DNA from: Alphaproteobacteria bacterium
Lineage (GTDB): Bacteria; Pseudomonadota; Alphaproteobacteria; UBA828
Assembly: GCA_965214705.1 (NCBI GenBank)
Contig: OZ243972.1
Span: 2,240,001 to 2,304,000 of the forward strand
Length of the DNA stretch: 64,000 bases
Direction of reading: 5' to 3'
How positions within the stretch are numbered: the stretch's first letter is position 1; each line of letters begins with the position of its first letter. The notes below the pieces were generated by a model, which did not search any database, was not told the origin of the DNA, and saw only the letters and a list, made by a program, of their open reading frames with translations. Both the position numbers and the translations under genes were made by a program. Shown piece after piece: positions 48,050 through 57,387 of this stretch.

Positions 48050-48127
48050 CCCTATCGCGCATTGCGCTCGCCGAACTTTCCGTCCACCATCGCGGGCTGT
48101 CTCAAATAAAAAGGGGAGGGACGGGCA

Positions 48128-48571
48128 ATGGCATACACGCGCGCGAAGGTCGTAGAGGAGATCAGTGCGTCGGCTGACCGTGTCTTCGGAGAGATCGGGG
48201 CCTTCAACAATCTGACCGCAATCATGGCGGGCACCATCACGCGGAGCACGCTCAACAAGAAAGGCACGGTGCGGACGCTCAAGGTCAAGGGCGTGAAGGG
48301 CGCGCTCGACGAGACGCTGCTGAAGTACGACACGGCGACGCGCACGCAGGTCTACGCAATCACCGCCGATCCGGACAACATGGTGCCGTTTTCCGACTAC
48401 ACCGCCACCATCAAGGTGAAGCCGGTTACCTCACGGCGCAGCGAGGTGGAGTGGACCAGCCGCTTCGTGCCAAAGAAGGGCAAGACCAAGGCGGAATGCC
48501 TGGAGTTCGTCGAAGGCATCTACCGCACCGGCATCGCGGGCACACGGGAAGTGCTCGGGGTCAAGAAGTAG
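48128..48571 (+). CDS. SRPBCC/polyketide cyclase-like protein
   Basis: Length and pattern (GTVRTL, YTATIKV, VEWTSRF, C-terminal helix). Confidence 0.75.
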   Translation: MAYTRAKVVEEISASADRVFGEIGAFNNLTAIMAGTITRSTLNKKGTVRTLKVKGVKGALDETLLKYDTATRTQVYAITADPDNMVPFSDYTATIKVKPVTSRRSEVEWTSRFVPKKGKTKAECLEFVEGIYRTGIAGTREVLGVKK

Positions 48572-49337
48572 CGCGCGATACCGTCGGCCGCGACGCCGGC
48601 GGATAGAGCACCGCTTCGAGATAGAGGCCGTAGGCCGGCGCCGTCGGGCCGCTCCGGCGCCGGTCGCGGGCCGCGAGCGCGGCGCCCACCTCGGCCGGCG
48701 TCCGCCGGCCGTCGCCCACCTCGACCAGCGTGCCCACAATTGCGCGGACCTGGTGGTGCAGGAAGGAGCGCGCCCAGGCGCGGATCGCGATCTCCTCTCC
48801 GGTTCGCGAGACGGCGAGGCTCTTCAGGGTGCGGACCGGGGAGTCCGCCTGGCACCTCGCAGCCCGAAAGGTCGTGAAGTCGTGGGTGCCTTCCAGCAGG
48901 CGCGCGGCCTCGGCCATGACGCCGGCATCGAGCGGGCGCGCGATGTGCCAGGCGCGGTATTTTTCGAGCGCGAGCGGCGTCTTGCGATTGACGATCCGGT
49001 AGAGATAAACCCGCGCCACGGCATCGCGCCTGGCATCGAAGTCGGGCGGCACTTCGGCCGCGTCGAGAACGACGACCGGCGCGGGCCGCAGGTGTGCGTT
49101 GAGCGCATCGCGCAGCACCGCCGGCTCTGCCTGCCGGGTAAGGTCCAGATGGCAGCACTGGCCCAACGCGTGAACGCCGGAATCAGTGCGGCCCGCGCCG
49201 TGAACGCGGACCTGCTCGCCGCAGAAGCGTTCGACCGCGCGCTCCAGCGCCTCCTGCACCGAGCGCCCGTCGCCCTGATACTGCCAGCCGACGAAGCCGG
49301 TGCCGTCGTATTCGAGGGTCAGCTTGTAGCGGGGCAT
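48561..49337 (-). CDS. truA: tRNA pseudouridine(38-40) synthase
   Basis: YDGT.F.GWQ, GRTDSGVHA, HDFTTFR, SFLHHQVR. Confidence 0.97.
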   Translation of the reverse strand: MPRYKLTLEYDGTGFVGWQYQGDGRSVQEALERAVERFCGEQVRVHGAGRTDSGVHALGQCCHLDLTRQAEPAVLRDALNAHLRPAPVVVLDAAEVPPDFDARRDAVARVYLYRIVNRKTPLALEKYRAWHIARPLDAGVMAEAARLLEGTHDFTTFRAARCQADSPVRTLKSLAVSRTGEEIAIRAWARSFLHHQVRAIVGTLVEVGDGRRTPAEVGAALAARDRRRSGPTAPAYGLYLEAVLYPPASRPTVSRATS

Positions 49338-50266
49338 GGCAGGCGCGTGCCGGCCGCGATCGGGCGCCCGCGCAGGAAGGCGTCCGTCCCCATCGTGGCC
49401 TTGCCGGCGCGTTGAAGGCGGGTCGGGCGCAGCGCGGAACCGTCGCCGCAGGCGACGGTCAGTGCCTTGTCAATGATCGTCCCCGGCGCCGCGCCCGGCG
49501 TTGCGGCAGCTTCTTCGGCCGCCAGCACCTTGATGCGCTCCCCATCGTGATCGAACCAGGCACTGGGTCTCGGCGCGAGCGCGCGCACCGTGCGCTCGAT
49601 TTGCGCCGCCGGCGTGCGCCAGTCGATGACGGCCTCGTTCTTTTTGAGCTTGGCCGCGTAGGTCGCGCCCTCGTTGGACTGCGGTGTCTCCTCAATACTT
49701 CCTGCCGCAAGGGCGTCAATCGCCTCCACCACCAGCGGGGCGGAAAGCGCGGCGAGCGTGTCGTGCAGCGTGCCGCCCGTGGTCTCGGGCCCGATCGGCA
49801 CGCGCTCGGCCATCAGGATGGGACCCGTGTCGAGGCCCTCGTCCATCCGCATGATGGTGACGCCGGTCTCGGTATCGCCCGCCATGATCGCCCGCTGGAT
49901 CGGCGCCGCGCCGCGCCAGCGCGGCAACAGCGAGGCGTGGGCGTTGATGCAGCCGAGCCGGGGTGCCGCCAGCACCGCCGACGGCAGGATCAAGCCATAG
50001 GCGACCGTGACTGTAAGATCAGGTTCGAGCGCCGCGAACGCCGCCTGCGCCTCCTCGGATTTCAGGCTCGGTGGGGTTCTCACCTCGGTCCCGGCAGCCT
50101 CCGCGCGGACGGCCACCGGCGTCGGCCGCACGTTGTGCCCGCGCGCGGCGGCCCGTGGCGGCTGGGTATAGGCGGCGACGACCGTGTGGCCGCTCGCGCA
50201 GAGCGCGTCGAGGGTGGGTACGGCGAAGGCCGGCGTTCCCATGAACACCAGCCTCATGGGTTGCAT
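49319..50266 (-). CDS. fmt: Methionyl-tRNA formyltransferase
   Basis: FMGTP, VAYG, HASLLPRWRGAAPI, LDTG. Confidence 0.97.
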   Translation of the reverse strand: MQPMRLVFMGTPAFAVPTLDALCASGHTVVAAYTQPPRAAARGHNVRPTPVAVRAEAAGTEVRTPPSLKSEEAQAAFAALEPDLTVTVAYGLILPSAVLAAPRLGCINAHASLLPRWRGAAPIQRAIMAGDTETGVTIMRMDEGLDTGPILMAERVPIGPETTGGTLHDTLAALSAPLVVEAIDALAAGSIEETPQSNEGATYAAKLKKNEAVIDWRTPAAQIERTVRALAPRPSAWFDHDGERIKVLAAEEAAATPGAAPGTIIDKALTVACGDGSALRPTRLQRAGKATMGTDAFLRGRPIAAGTRLPCPATS

Positions 50267-50315
50267 GGGGTCCTGCGCTGGCGAGGCCCGGCTCGCAGAC
50301 GGAACCGCCGCCACC

Positions 50316-50831
50316 TCAGCCGGTGGCGGCGCGGCGCGCCTTGGTCAGCTTGCGCAGGATGATGCTGCGCTTGACCAGCGACAGGTAGTCCACGAAGAGC
50401 ACCCCCTCCAGATGGTCGATTTCGTGCTGGAGGCAGACGGCGAGCGTGCCGACGGCCGTGATCTCCTGCGCCGCGCCGGTCTCGTCCAGATAAGCCACCG
50501 TCACCGATGCCGGTCGCTCCACCTCGGCGTAGTGGTCGGGGAAGGAGAGGCAGCCCTCCTCGCGGCTCACGCGTTCGTCGGAGCGCCAGACGATCTCGGG
50601 ATTGACCAGCTTGAGCGGTGCAGCCGGCTCGTCCGCCAAATGCACGTCGGCCACGATGCAGCGCCTGGGCACGCCGATCTGGATGGCGGCAAGCCCGATG
50701 CCCTCTGCGGCGTGCATCGACTCCATCATGTCATCGAGCAGCGCGCGCACCTCGTCATCGACGACCTCGACAGGTGCGGAGCGCGCCTTCAGCCGCTTGT
50801 CGGGCGCAGTGATGATCGGGCGTATGGCCAT
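50316..50831 (-). CDS. def: Peptide deformylase
   Basis: GIGLAA, EGCLS, QHEIDH. Confidence 0.97.
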   Translation of the reverse strand: MAIRPIITAPDKRLKARSAPVEVVDDEVRALLDDMMESMHAAEGIGLAAIQIGVPRRCIVADVHLADEPAAPLKLVNPEIVWRSDERVSREEGCLSFPDHYAEVERPASVTVAYLDETGAAQEITAVGTLAVCLQHEIDHLEGVLFVDYLSLVKRSIILRKLTKARRAATG

Positions 50832-50933
50832 CGCGATCGACCGGAACAGGAACCTGCACTTAGCTATGTCGGCGCGCGACGGAGGTCAAGCACCCCCGCC
50901 GGATGAAGCGCGGTATCGCACGCGGTGTCGCGC

Positions 50934-51740
50934 TCAGCGCTTGGTGTCTCGCCAGGCAATGGCGGCGCGCAGGCCCTGGGTCCGCGCGATCTCGAGGAAT
51001 TCGCGCTTGGTGGCCGTGCCCTCACCCTCGATCGCGGTGTCCTCCTCGAGCGCCATCTCGAGTGTCTCGTCGAAGGCCATAATGGCGTACATGCGATTGA
51101 TCGTGGCCTTGGTGCGCCTGAGCAGGGCCGGCTCGATGGCCGCCATGCGGCGGGCGAGGGTGAGCGCGGTCTCGACCTCCTCGCCCACCGGCACGACGCG
51201 GTTGACGAGGCCGATTTCGTAGGCGCGGCGGGCGCCGATCTCGTCCTCGCCGGTGAGCAGGATCTCTTTCGCGTGCTTCGGTCCCGCAAGCCAGGGCAGC
51301 AGCATCACGACGATGCCCGCGCCGAAGCGCAGCTCGGGCTCGCCGAAGCGGGCGTCCTCCGCTGCCACGGTCACGTCGCAGGCGAGCGCAAGCTCGCAAG
51401 CGCCGGCGAGCGCAGGGCCGCGCACCGCGGCCACCGTCGGCTTCGAGAGGTGCCAGAAGCGCATCACAGTATCGAAGTCGTCCCGCAGCACGTCGCGCCA
51501 CTCGGCGACACCTCGGGGCGGGGCCGCGGCCTGCTCCTTGAGATCGAAGCCCGAGGAGAACACGCCGCCCGCCCCGGTCACCACCAGCGCGCGGATCGTC
51601 TCGTCTGCCTCGACTGCATCGCACGCGGCGTTGAGCTCCGCCAGCATGGCGCGGTTCATGGCGTTGGCCCGCTCGGGTCGGTTGAGCGTGAGCAGCCCGA
51701 CCGCCTTCCGTTGCTCGAACGTAATGCATCGATAGTCCAT
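50934..51740 (-). CDS. Enoyl-CoA hydratase/isomerase family protein
   Basis: LNRPE..NA, FSSGFDL, GACEL, FGEPE. Confidence 0.9.
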   Translation of the reverse strand: MDYRCITFEQRKAVGLLTLNRPERANAMNRAMLAELNAACDAVEADETIRALVVTGAGGVFSSGFDLKEQAAAPPRGVAEWRDVLRDDFDTVMRFWHLSKPTVAAVRGPALAGACELALACDVTVAAEDARFGEPELRFGAGIVVMLLPWLAGPKHAKEILLTGEDEIGARRAYEIGLVNRVVPVGEEVETALTLARRMAAIEPALLRRTKATINRMYAIMAFDETLEMALEEDTAIEGEGTATKREFLEIARTQGLRAAIAWRDTKR

Positions 51741-51906
51741 CGCAGGCCTCCGGAACGGGTGCGCGAGGCACGACGATACCATTCTGTGTTCGCAAACCGG
51801 CCGGCGGCCGGCCGTGGCGTGCGGACCGGCACTCATTTAGCATAGCCCCGATGACCGGGCGCTCGCCCGGACGGACGTTGCAACCCCGGGTTCTCAGGAG
51901 GACTCC

Positions 51907-53394
51907 ATGGCCTTTCGCGTCGAAGAAGCCACCATCTCCGGTATCCACGCGGCTTATCGCTCGGGCGATCTGAGCGCAGCGGAGCTCGTGTCGCGTTATC
52001 TCGCGCGGATCGAAGCCTACGATCGAAACGGCCCCGCCCTGAACTCGGTCATCAACGTCAACCCGCGGGCGGTGGAAGAGGCCGAGGCGCTGGACAAGGC
52101 ATTCGCCGATGGCGGACTTGCCGGGCCGTTGCATGGCATTCCGGTGGTTGTAAAGGACCAGGTCGAGACGGCCGACATCATCACGACCTTCGGCTCGATC
52201 GCTGCGAAAGACTACCTGCCGGAGAAGGACGCGACGGCGATCAGGCTGATGCGCGAAGCCGGTGCGATCATCCTCGCGAAGACGGCGATGCCCGATTTCG
52301 CGACCTCGTGGTTCGGCTATTGCTCGGCCATCGGCGAGACCAAGAACCCTTATGATCTCGAACGCGATCCGGGTGGATCGAGCGGCGGGACGGGGTGCGC
52401 GGTCGCCGCGAATCTCGGCGCCATCGGCCTCGGCGAGGATACCGGGGGCTCCGCGCGCCTGCCGGCCTCGTTCGACAACCTGGTGGGGCTCAAGGTAACG
52501 CCGGGCCTGATCAGCCGGGCCGGCATGTCGCCGCTGGTCATCTTCCAGGACTCCGCCGGGCCGATGTGCCGCACCGTCACCGACACGGCCAAGCTGCTCC
52601 AGGTCATCGCCGGCTTCGACCCCGAAGACCCCTATACCTCGACCGCGCTGGTTGCCGGCAATACGGATTACGTGGCCTGCCTCGATAAGGACGCGTTATC
52701 GGGTAAGACCATCGGCGTGGTGCGCTCCGCCTTCGGCGACTCGTCAAACCCAAATGCGGCGGTGGTCAACGCGGTCATCGAGGATGCCCTTGGCGCGCTG
52801 AAGGGCGCGGGCGCGACCCTCGTCGATGTCGAAATCCCAGACCTCATGGACCACATCCTGTACTCGTCGCTCTACATCAATCATTCGCGGAGCGCGATCG
52901 ACGAGTTCATGGCGTCCCGCCCCTCGTTGGCGGCGGAAAGCGTACGCGCACTCATCGACACCAAGCAGTATCATCCGATGCTCGATCTGCTCGAAGAGAT
53001 CGCGGAGGGTCCGGAAGACCCCTATTCGGATCCGGAGTACTACCCACGCTACACGACCTCGGAGAAATTCCGGCGGATCGTGATCAATCAGATGGGCAAG
53101 GCCGGTGCGGCCGCACTGGTCTATCCGACCACCCAGGTGCAATCGCCACGGCGCGACGATCTCAACGCCGGGCAATGGAAGACACTCGAGTTCCCCACGA
53201 ACACCCTGATCGGCGCGCAGACCTGGATGCCGGCGATCAGCGTGCCAGCCGGCTTTACGTCGGGGGGTGTGCCGGTTGGCATGGAAATCCTGGGCTTGCC
53301 TTACCGCGAGGACGACCTGCTGGCGCTCGCCTATTCCTTCGAGCAGGCGACGCAACATCGCCGGGCGCCGGCCTCATCGCCGGAGCTCGCCTGA
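51907..53394 (+). CDS. Amidase signature enzyme
   Basis: VVKD, GGSSGG, EDTGGSAR catalytic triad. Confidence 0.92.
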   Translation: MAFRVEEATISGIHAAYRSGDLSAAELVSRYLARIEAYDRNGPALNSVINVNPRAVEEAEALDKAFADGGLAGPLHGIPVVVKDQVETADIITTFGSIAAKDYLPEKDATAIRLMREAGAIILAKTAMPDFATSWFGYCSAIGETKNPYDLERDPGGSSGGTGCAVAANLGAIGLGEDTGGSARLPASFDNLVGLKVTPGLISRAGMSPLVIFQDSAGPMCRTVTDTAKLLQVIAGFDPEDPYTSTALVAGNTDYVACLDKDALSGKTIGVVRSAFGDSSNPNAAVVNAVIEDALGALKGAGATLVDVEIPDLMDHILYSSLYINHSRSAIDEFMASRPSLAAESVRALIDTKQYHPMLDLLEEIAEGPEDPYSDPEYYPRYTTSEKFRRIVINQMGKAGAAALVYPTTQVQSPRRDDLNAGQWKTLEFPTNTLIGAQTWMPAISVPAGFTSGGVPVGMEILGLPYREDDLLALAYSFEQATQHRRAPASSPELA

Positions 53395-53410
53395 CCGATA
53401 CGGCCCTGCC

Positions 53411-54430
53411 TCACGCGCCGGAGCGCGTCGCCACCCGGCGGGCGAGCACGTCGAGCGCGAGCGCGCCGACGATGATCGAGCCCTTTATGATGTCCTGATA
53501 GAAGACGTCGATGTCGAGCAGGACGAAGCCGTTTGAGATGGTGGCGATGATGCCGAGGCCCACGACAGTCCGCCACATCGAGCCGAAGCCGCCGGCAAGC
53601 GAAGTACCACCCACGACTACGATGGTCAGCACATCGAAGATGATGACCGGGTCCAGATTGGCCTGGGCCGAGTTGAGCTGGGATGCCGTGAGCGTGCCGG
53701 CGACGCCCATGCAGACGCCGGACAGCACGTAGGTGCTGCCGATCACGGTGCGGACGCGAATGCCGGAGAGCCGGCTCGCCTCCCGATTGCCGCCGACCGC
53801 GTAGATCGCCTCGCCGTAGACGGTCTTGGCGAGCACCAGCCCGCCAACCAGGAGGAAGGCGATCAGCATCATCCCTGAAAAGGGAAAGCCGTGCCAGCGG
53901 CCGGCGCCGAGATCGCCGAAGGCCATGTCGGGCACCACGAACGCGGCGTTCTTCGTGACCACGTAAGTGACGCCGCCCAGGATGAATCCCGTTCCCACCG
54001 TGGTGATGAACGGGTTGATGTTGACGCCGACCACGAGCACCGCGTTGAGCAGGCCGACGAAGAATCCCGCCGCGATGGCGGCGAGAAACGCGTAGGCCGG
54101 GTCCACCAGGATGCCGACCCCGGCGGCGACCACCGCGCAGAGCGAGTAGCCCGACGCGATGGAGAGATCGAAGCCGCCGGTCAGGATGACGTAGGTCATG
54201 CCCACCGCCATGATCCCGGCCGGCGCCCACTGGGACAGCATGTTGAAGATGTTGCCTTGGGAGAGGAACGCGGGATTGCCGATGGAGACGACGATGACCA
54301 GGATCACGAAGGCGACGATGATCCCGTAGGTGCGGAAGGCAACGCCGCCGTACCGCCGCAGCAGGTTCGCGCCCCGTTCGGCACGGCTCTCGGGCGCGTC
54401 CGGCGGCAGCGAGGGCGGGCTCTCGGTCAT
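53411..54430 (-). CDS. Sugar ABC transporter permease (RbsC-like)
   Basis: GGFDLS, AVGGN.EASRLSG, VVGGTSLAGG. Confidence 0.92.
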   Translation of the reverse strand: MTESPPSLPPDAPESRAERGANLLRRYGGVAFRTYGIIVAFVILVIVVSIGNPAFLSQGNIFNMLSQWAPAGIMAVGMTYVILTGGFDLSIASGYSLCAVVAAGVGILVDPAYAFLAAIAAGFFVGLLNAVLVVGVNINPFITTVGTGFILGGVTYVVTKNAAFVVPDMAFGDLGAGRWHGFPFSGMMLIAFLLVGGLVLAKTVYGEAIYAVGGNREASRLSGIRVRTVIGSTYVLSGVCMGVAGTLTASQLNSAQANLDPVIIFDVLTIVVVGGTSLAGGFGSMWRTVVGLGIIATISNGFVLLDIDVFYQDIIKGSIIVGALALDVLARRVATRSGA

Positions 54431-55968
54431 GCCGCAGCCTCCCCCTCCACGCCGAAGGTCATGGCGAGGACACGCTCCAGGGACAGCTCCCCGCGCTCCA
54501 GAATCGCGGCCTGCTGTCCCTTGGCCAGCACCAGCACCCGGTCGGCCAGCTCGACCACCTCCTCCAGCTCCGACGACACCATGACGATGGCCATGCCCTC
54601 GTCGGCGAGGCGGCGCATCACGGCGAACATCTCGCCCTTCGCGCCCACATCAATGCCCCGCGTTGGTTCATCCATGAGGAGGACCCGAGGCCGGCGATGA
54701 AGCCACTTGCCGACGACGAGCTTCTGTTGATTGCCGCCGGAGAGCGTGCCCGTCAGTGCTCCGAGCCGACGCGGATCGAAGGCAAGCGAGGCGGCGATGG
54801 TCTCCGCCGCGGATTTGCGTCGCCCGCTGCGCACGATCGCGCCGGGCGCGAGGCCGCGCATGTCCGTCATCGTGACGTTCACGAAGCCGTTCTGGCTTAG
54901 CACCAGCCCCTGTCCCTTGCGGTCTTCGGGTGCGAGCGCGATCCCGAGCGCCAATGCGCGCCCGACGGTGCGCGGCAGGGGTTGCGTGCGGCCGTCGATG
55001 GTGAGCGTCCCGCTGGCACCGGGTTGGGTGCCGGCCAGCGCGCGCAGGAGCTCGGTCCTCCCGGAACCCACCAGCCCCGCAATCCCGAAGATTTCGCCAG
55101 CGTGGAGGACGAACGAGATATCCTGCAGCTTGCCGGGCACCGAGACGCCCTCGACGCGCAACAGTTCCTCAACCTCGGCGGCGTGACGGCGGGAGGGCGG
55201 CGCGCGCAGTTCCGTCCCCAACATGGTGTTGACCAGCTTCTCCTTGTCCCAGGCATCGACGTCGGCGGTGGCGACCATCTCCCCGTCGCGCAGGACCGAA
55301 ACGCGGTCAGACAACCTGATCACCTCGTCAAGGTCGTGGGAGATATAGATGACCGACGCGCGCTCGTCCCGGAGCCGCCCCACCGTCTCGTAAAGACGCT
55401 CGCGTTCGTTGGGCCCGAGGGACGCCGTGGGCTCGTCCATGATGAGGATGCGATGGTCGGCCTGCAGCGCCCGCATGATCTCGAGCATCTGCTGGTTCGC
55501 CACCGAGAGATCGCCCGCACGGGCGCCGGGGGGGATGTCGACCCCGAGACGGTCGCCTAGTTCCCGAAAGCGCTGTTCCATGGCGCGGCGTTTGACCATG
55601 GGGCCTCGCCGCATGGGGCGCCCGAGAAAGACGTTCGAGGCCGCGGACATGTCCGCGACGACGGTGAGTTCCTGGTAAATGGCAGCGACACCGGCGCGCT
55701 GCTGGGCGCGCGGGCCGTGCTGCTCGACCGGTTCGCCGAAAATCTCCACGCTGCCGCTATCCGCGGTATAGGCGCCGGTGAGAATCTTGATCAGCGTCGA
55801 CTTGCCGGCGCCGTTCTCGCCGACGAGGCCATGGACCTCGCCCTCGTGGAGCACGAAGTCGACGTCCTTCAGCGCCTGGACGCCTGGAAACGCCTTCGAG
55901 ACCCGCTCGACGCGGATGGCGTCAAGTTCGGCGGACGATGTCACGGGCGGGTCGATCCGTGCCTCCAC
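54427..55968 (-). CDS. Sugar ABC transporter ATPase (RbsA-like, two domains)
   Basis: GENGAGKS, MDEPT twice, LSGGNQQK. Confidence 0.93.
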   Translation of the reverse strand: MEARIDPPVTSSAELDAIRVERVSKAFPGVQALKDVDFVLHEGEVHGLVGENGAGKSTLIKILTGAYTADSGSVEIFGEPVEQHGPRAQQRAGVAAIYQELTVVADMSAASNVFLGRPMRRGPMVKRRAMEQRFRELGDRLGVDIPPGARAGDLSVANQQMLEIMRALQADHRILIMDEPTASLGPNERERLYETVGRLRDERASVIYISHDLDEVIRLSDRVSVLRDGEMVATADVDAWDKEKLVNTMLGTELRAPPSRRHAAEVEELLRVEGVSVPGKLQDISFVLHAGEIFGIAGLVGSGRTELLRALAGTQPGASGTLTIDGRTQPLPRTVGRALALGIALAPEDRKGQGLVLSQNGFVNVTMTDMRGLAPGAIVRSGRRKSAAETIAASLAFDPRRLGALTGTLSGGNQQKLVVGKWLHRRPRVLLMDEPTRGIDVGAKGEMFAVMRRLADEGMAIVMVSSELEEVVELADRVLVLAKGQQAAILERGELSLERVLAMTFGVEGEAAA

Positions 55969-55980
55969 TCGTCATCGCGT

Positions 55981-56005
55981 CACGACCGGGCTTGTCCCGG
56001 TCGTG
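55981..56005. repeat. REP-like palindrome between the SBP and ATPase genes
   Basis: CACGACCGGG-CTTGT-CCCGGTCGTG, perfect 10-bp stem. Confidence 0.7.
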
Positions 56006-56056
56006 GAAGGGTCGCGGGGGCGGGTCTAGCATCCCCGCCCCCAAAGCATGGCGCCC

Positions 56057-57145
56057 TTAGTACTTAGGTTCGGTCATCGTGTCGGCGTTTTCCTTGGTGA
56101 TGATGATCGTGCCGGGGCCGTCCGCCACCGCCGGCAGGTCCGCTTCGTTGATGTAGCCGTTGATCGGCTCGCCCTCGAGCGCGGCGATCAGCGCAACGGC
56201 GGCGTAGTAGGACTCCTCCCAGGGGAGCAACACCGTCGTCTCGTTGTAGGTGCCGGCCTTCACCTTGGCGATGCCATCCTTGGTCGCACCGATGGAATAG
56301 ATGCGGATGTCCGTGCCCGGTGTCTTGCCGGCAGCCTCGACCGCCTGCTCGACGCCACGCGACATGTCGTCCCATGACGAGAGAATCACCGTGATGTCGG
56401 GATGCGCGAGCAGCGCGTTCTGGATCTTCTCGAGCGCCACGCGCGGGTCGAAGTTCGCCGGCTGGTCCACGACGATCTCGGCATTCGGGAACTTCTCCGC
56501 GCCCTGTTGGATGGCCTTCTCCCAGAAGCCGAACAGGTCGGAGCCGACGAAACCGCCGACCGCCGCGACCTTGCAGGGCTCCGTGCAGGACGCCAGCGCG
56601 TGATCGACGTGCGCGTTGTAGTAGGCCTGTCGCTGCATGGTGACCGTCGCCGCCAGCCCCTCGGAATAGTCGGCGTCTTCGCACATGGGCAGATCGAGCG
56701 AGACAGTGGGCTCGTCGAGCGGCTGCAAATGGCGCTTCCACATCGAGCAGGCGGGCGCGGCCGCCGTCGGCGCGAACAGGTAGCCGTCGAAGCCCTCGGT
56801 GATCGCGTTCTGCACCTGCTTGATCTGCGTCGCCGGATTGAAGTTGGCGGCGAAGCGCTTGTATGTGAAGCCGTACTTCTGCGCCGCCGCTTCAAGGCCC
56901 GCGCGCCGTGCCGAGCAATAGGGGTTCTGGCCGCACTCGGACAGATAGGCGATCCGGTAGGCTTTCGACGGCGTGATGTTTCGCGCATCGAACTCCAGAA
57001 TCTTCTTGGCGTTCGCGACGGGGTCGTCCGCTGCCGAAGGCGTGGCGCCAAGCCCCGCGAGCAGTGCGACGCCCATTCCAATCGCGACGGCCGCCGTCAA
57101 CGGACCCCTCAGCGCCCGACGCATTTTGTTACCCAGCTTCACCAT
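56057..57145 (-). CDS. Sugar ABC transporter substrate-binding protein (RbsB-like)
   Basis: Signal peptide, NPY, periplasmic binding protein type 1 pattern; GGAGG RBS. Confidence 0.88.
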   Translation of the reverse strand: MVKLGNKMRRALRGPLTAAVAIGMGVALLAGLGATPSAADDPVANAKKILEFDARNITPSKAYRIAYLSECGQNPYCSARRAGLEAAAQKYGFTYKRFAANFNPATQIKQVQNAITEGFDGYLFAPTAAAPACSMWKRHLQPLDEPTVSLDLPMCEDADYSEGLAATVTMQRQAYYNAHVDHALASCTEPCKVAAVGGFVGSDLFGFWEKAIQQGAEKFPNAEIVVDQPANFDPRVALEKIQNALLAHPDITVILSSWDDMSRGVEQAVEAAGKTPGTDIRIYSIGATKDGIAKVKAGTYNETTVLLPWEESYYAAVALIAALEGEPINGYINEADLPAVADGPGTIIITKENADTMTEPKY

Positions 57146-57387
57146 GACATTACCTCCCTGGTTGAGATGGCCCCGATCGACCGAGCAAAGCCTGCGGGCA
57201 TCGGAGATCGACCGGGGGCCAACGCACATACTGTCCAAGGTACCCCATTCGCTTACGGCCCGCGAGCGCCGCAGCCCCAAGGAGACTTTTGATGCGGCCC
57301 ATACGCACGCCTGCCGTCGGTTGGACCCAGGCCGACACGGATCATAAGGTAGCGGGCGGACGGGAGCGGTCGAGAAGGACGAAGCTC

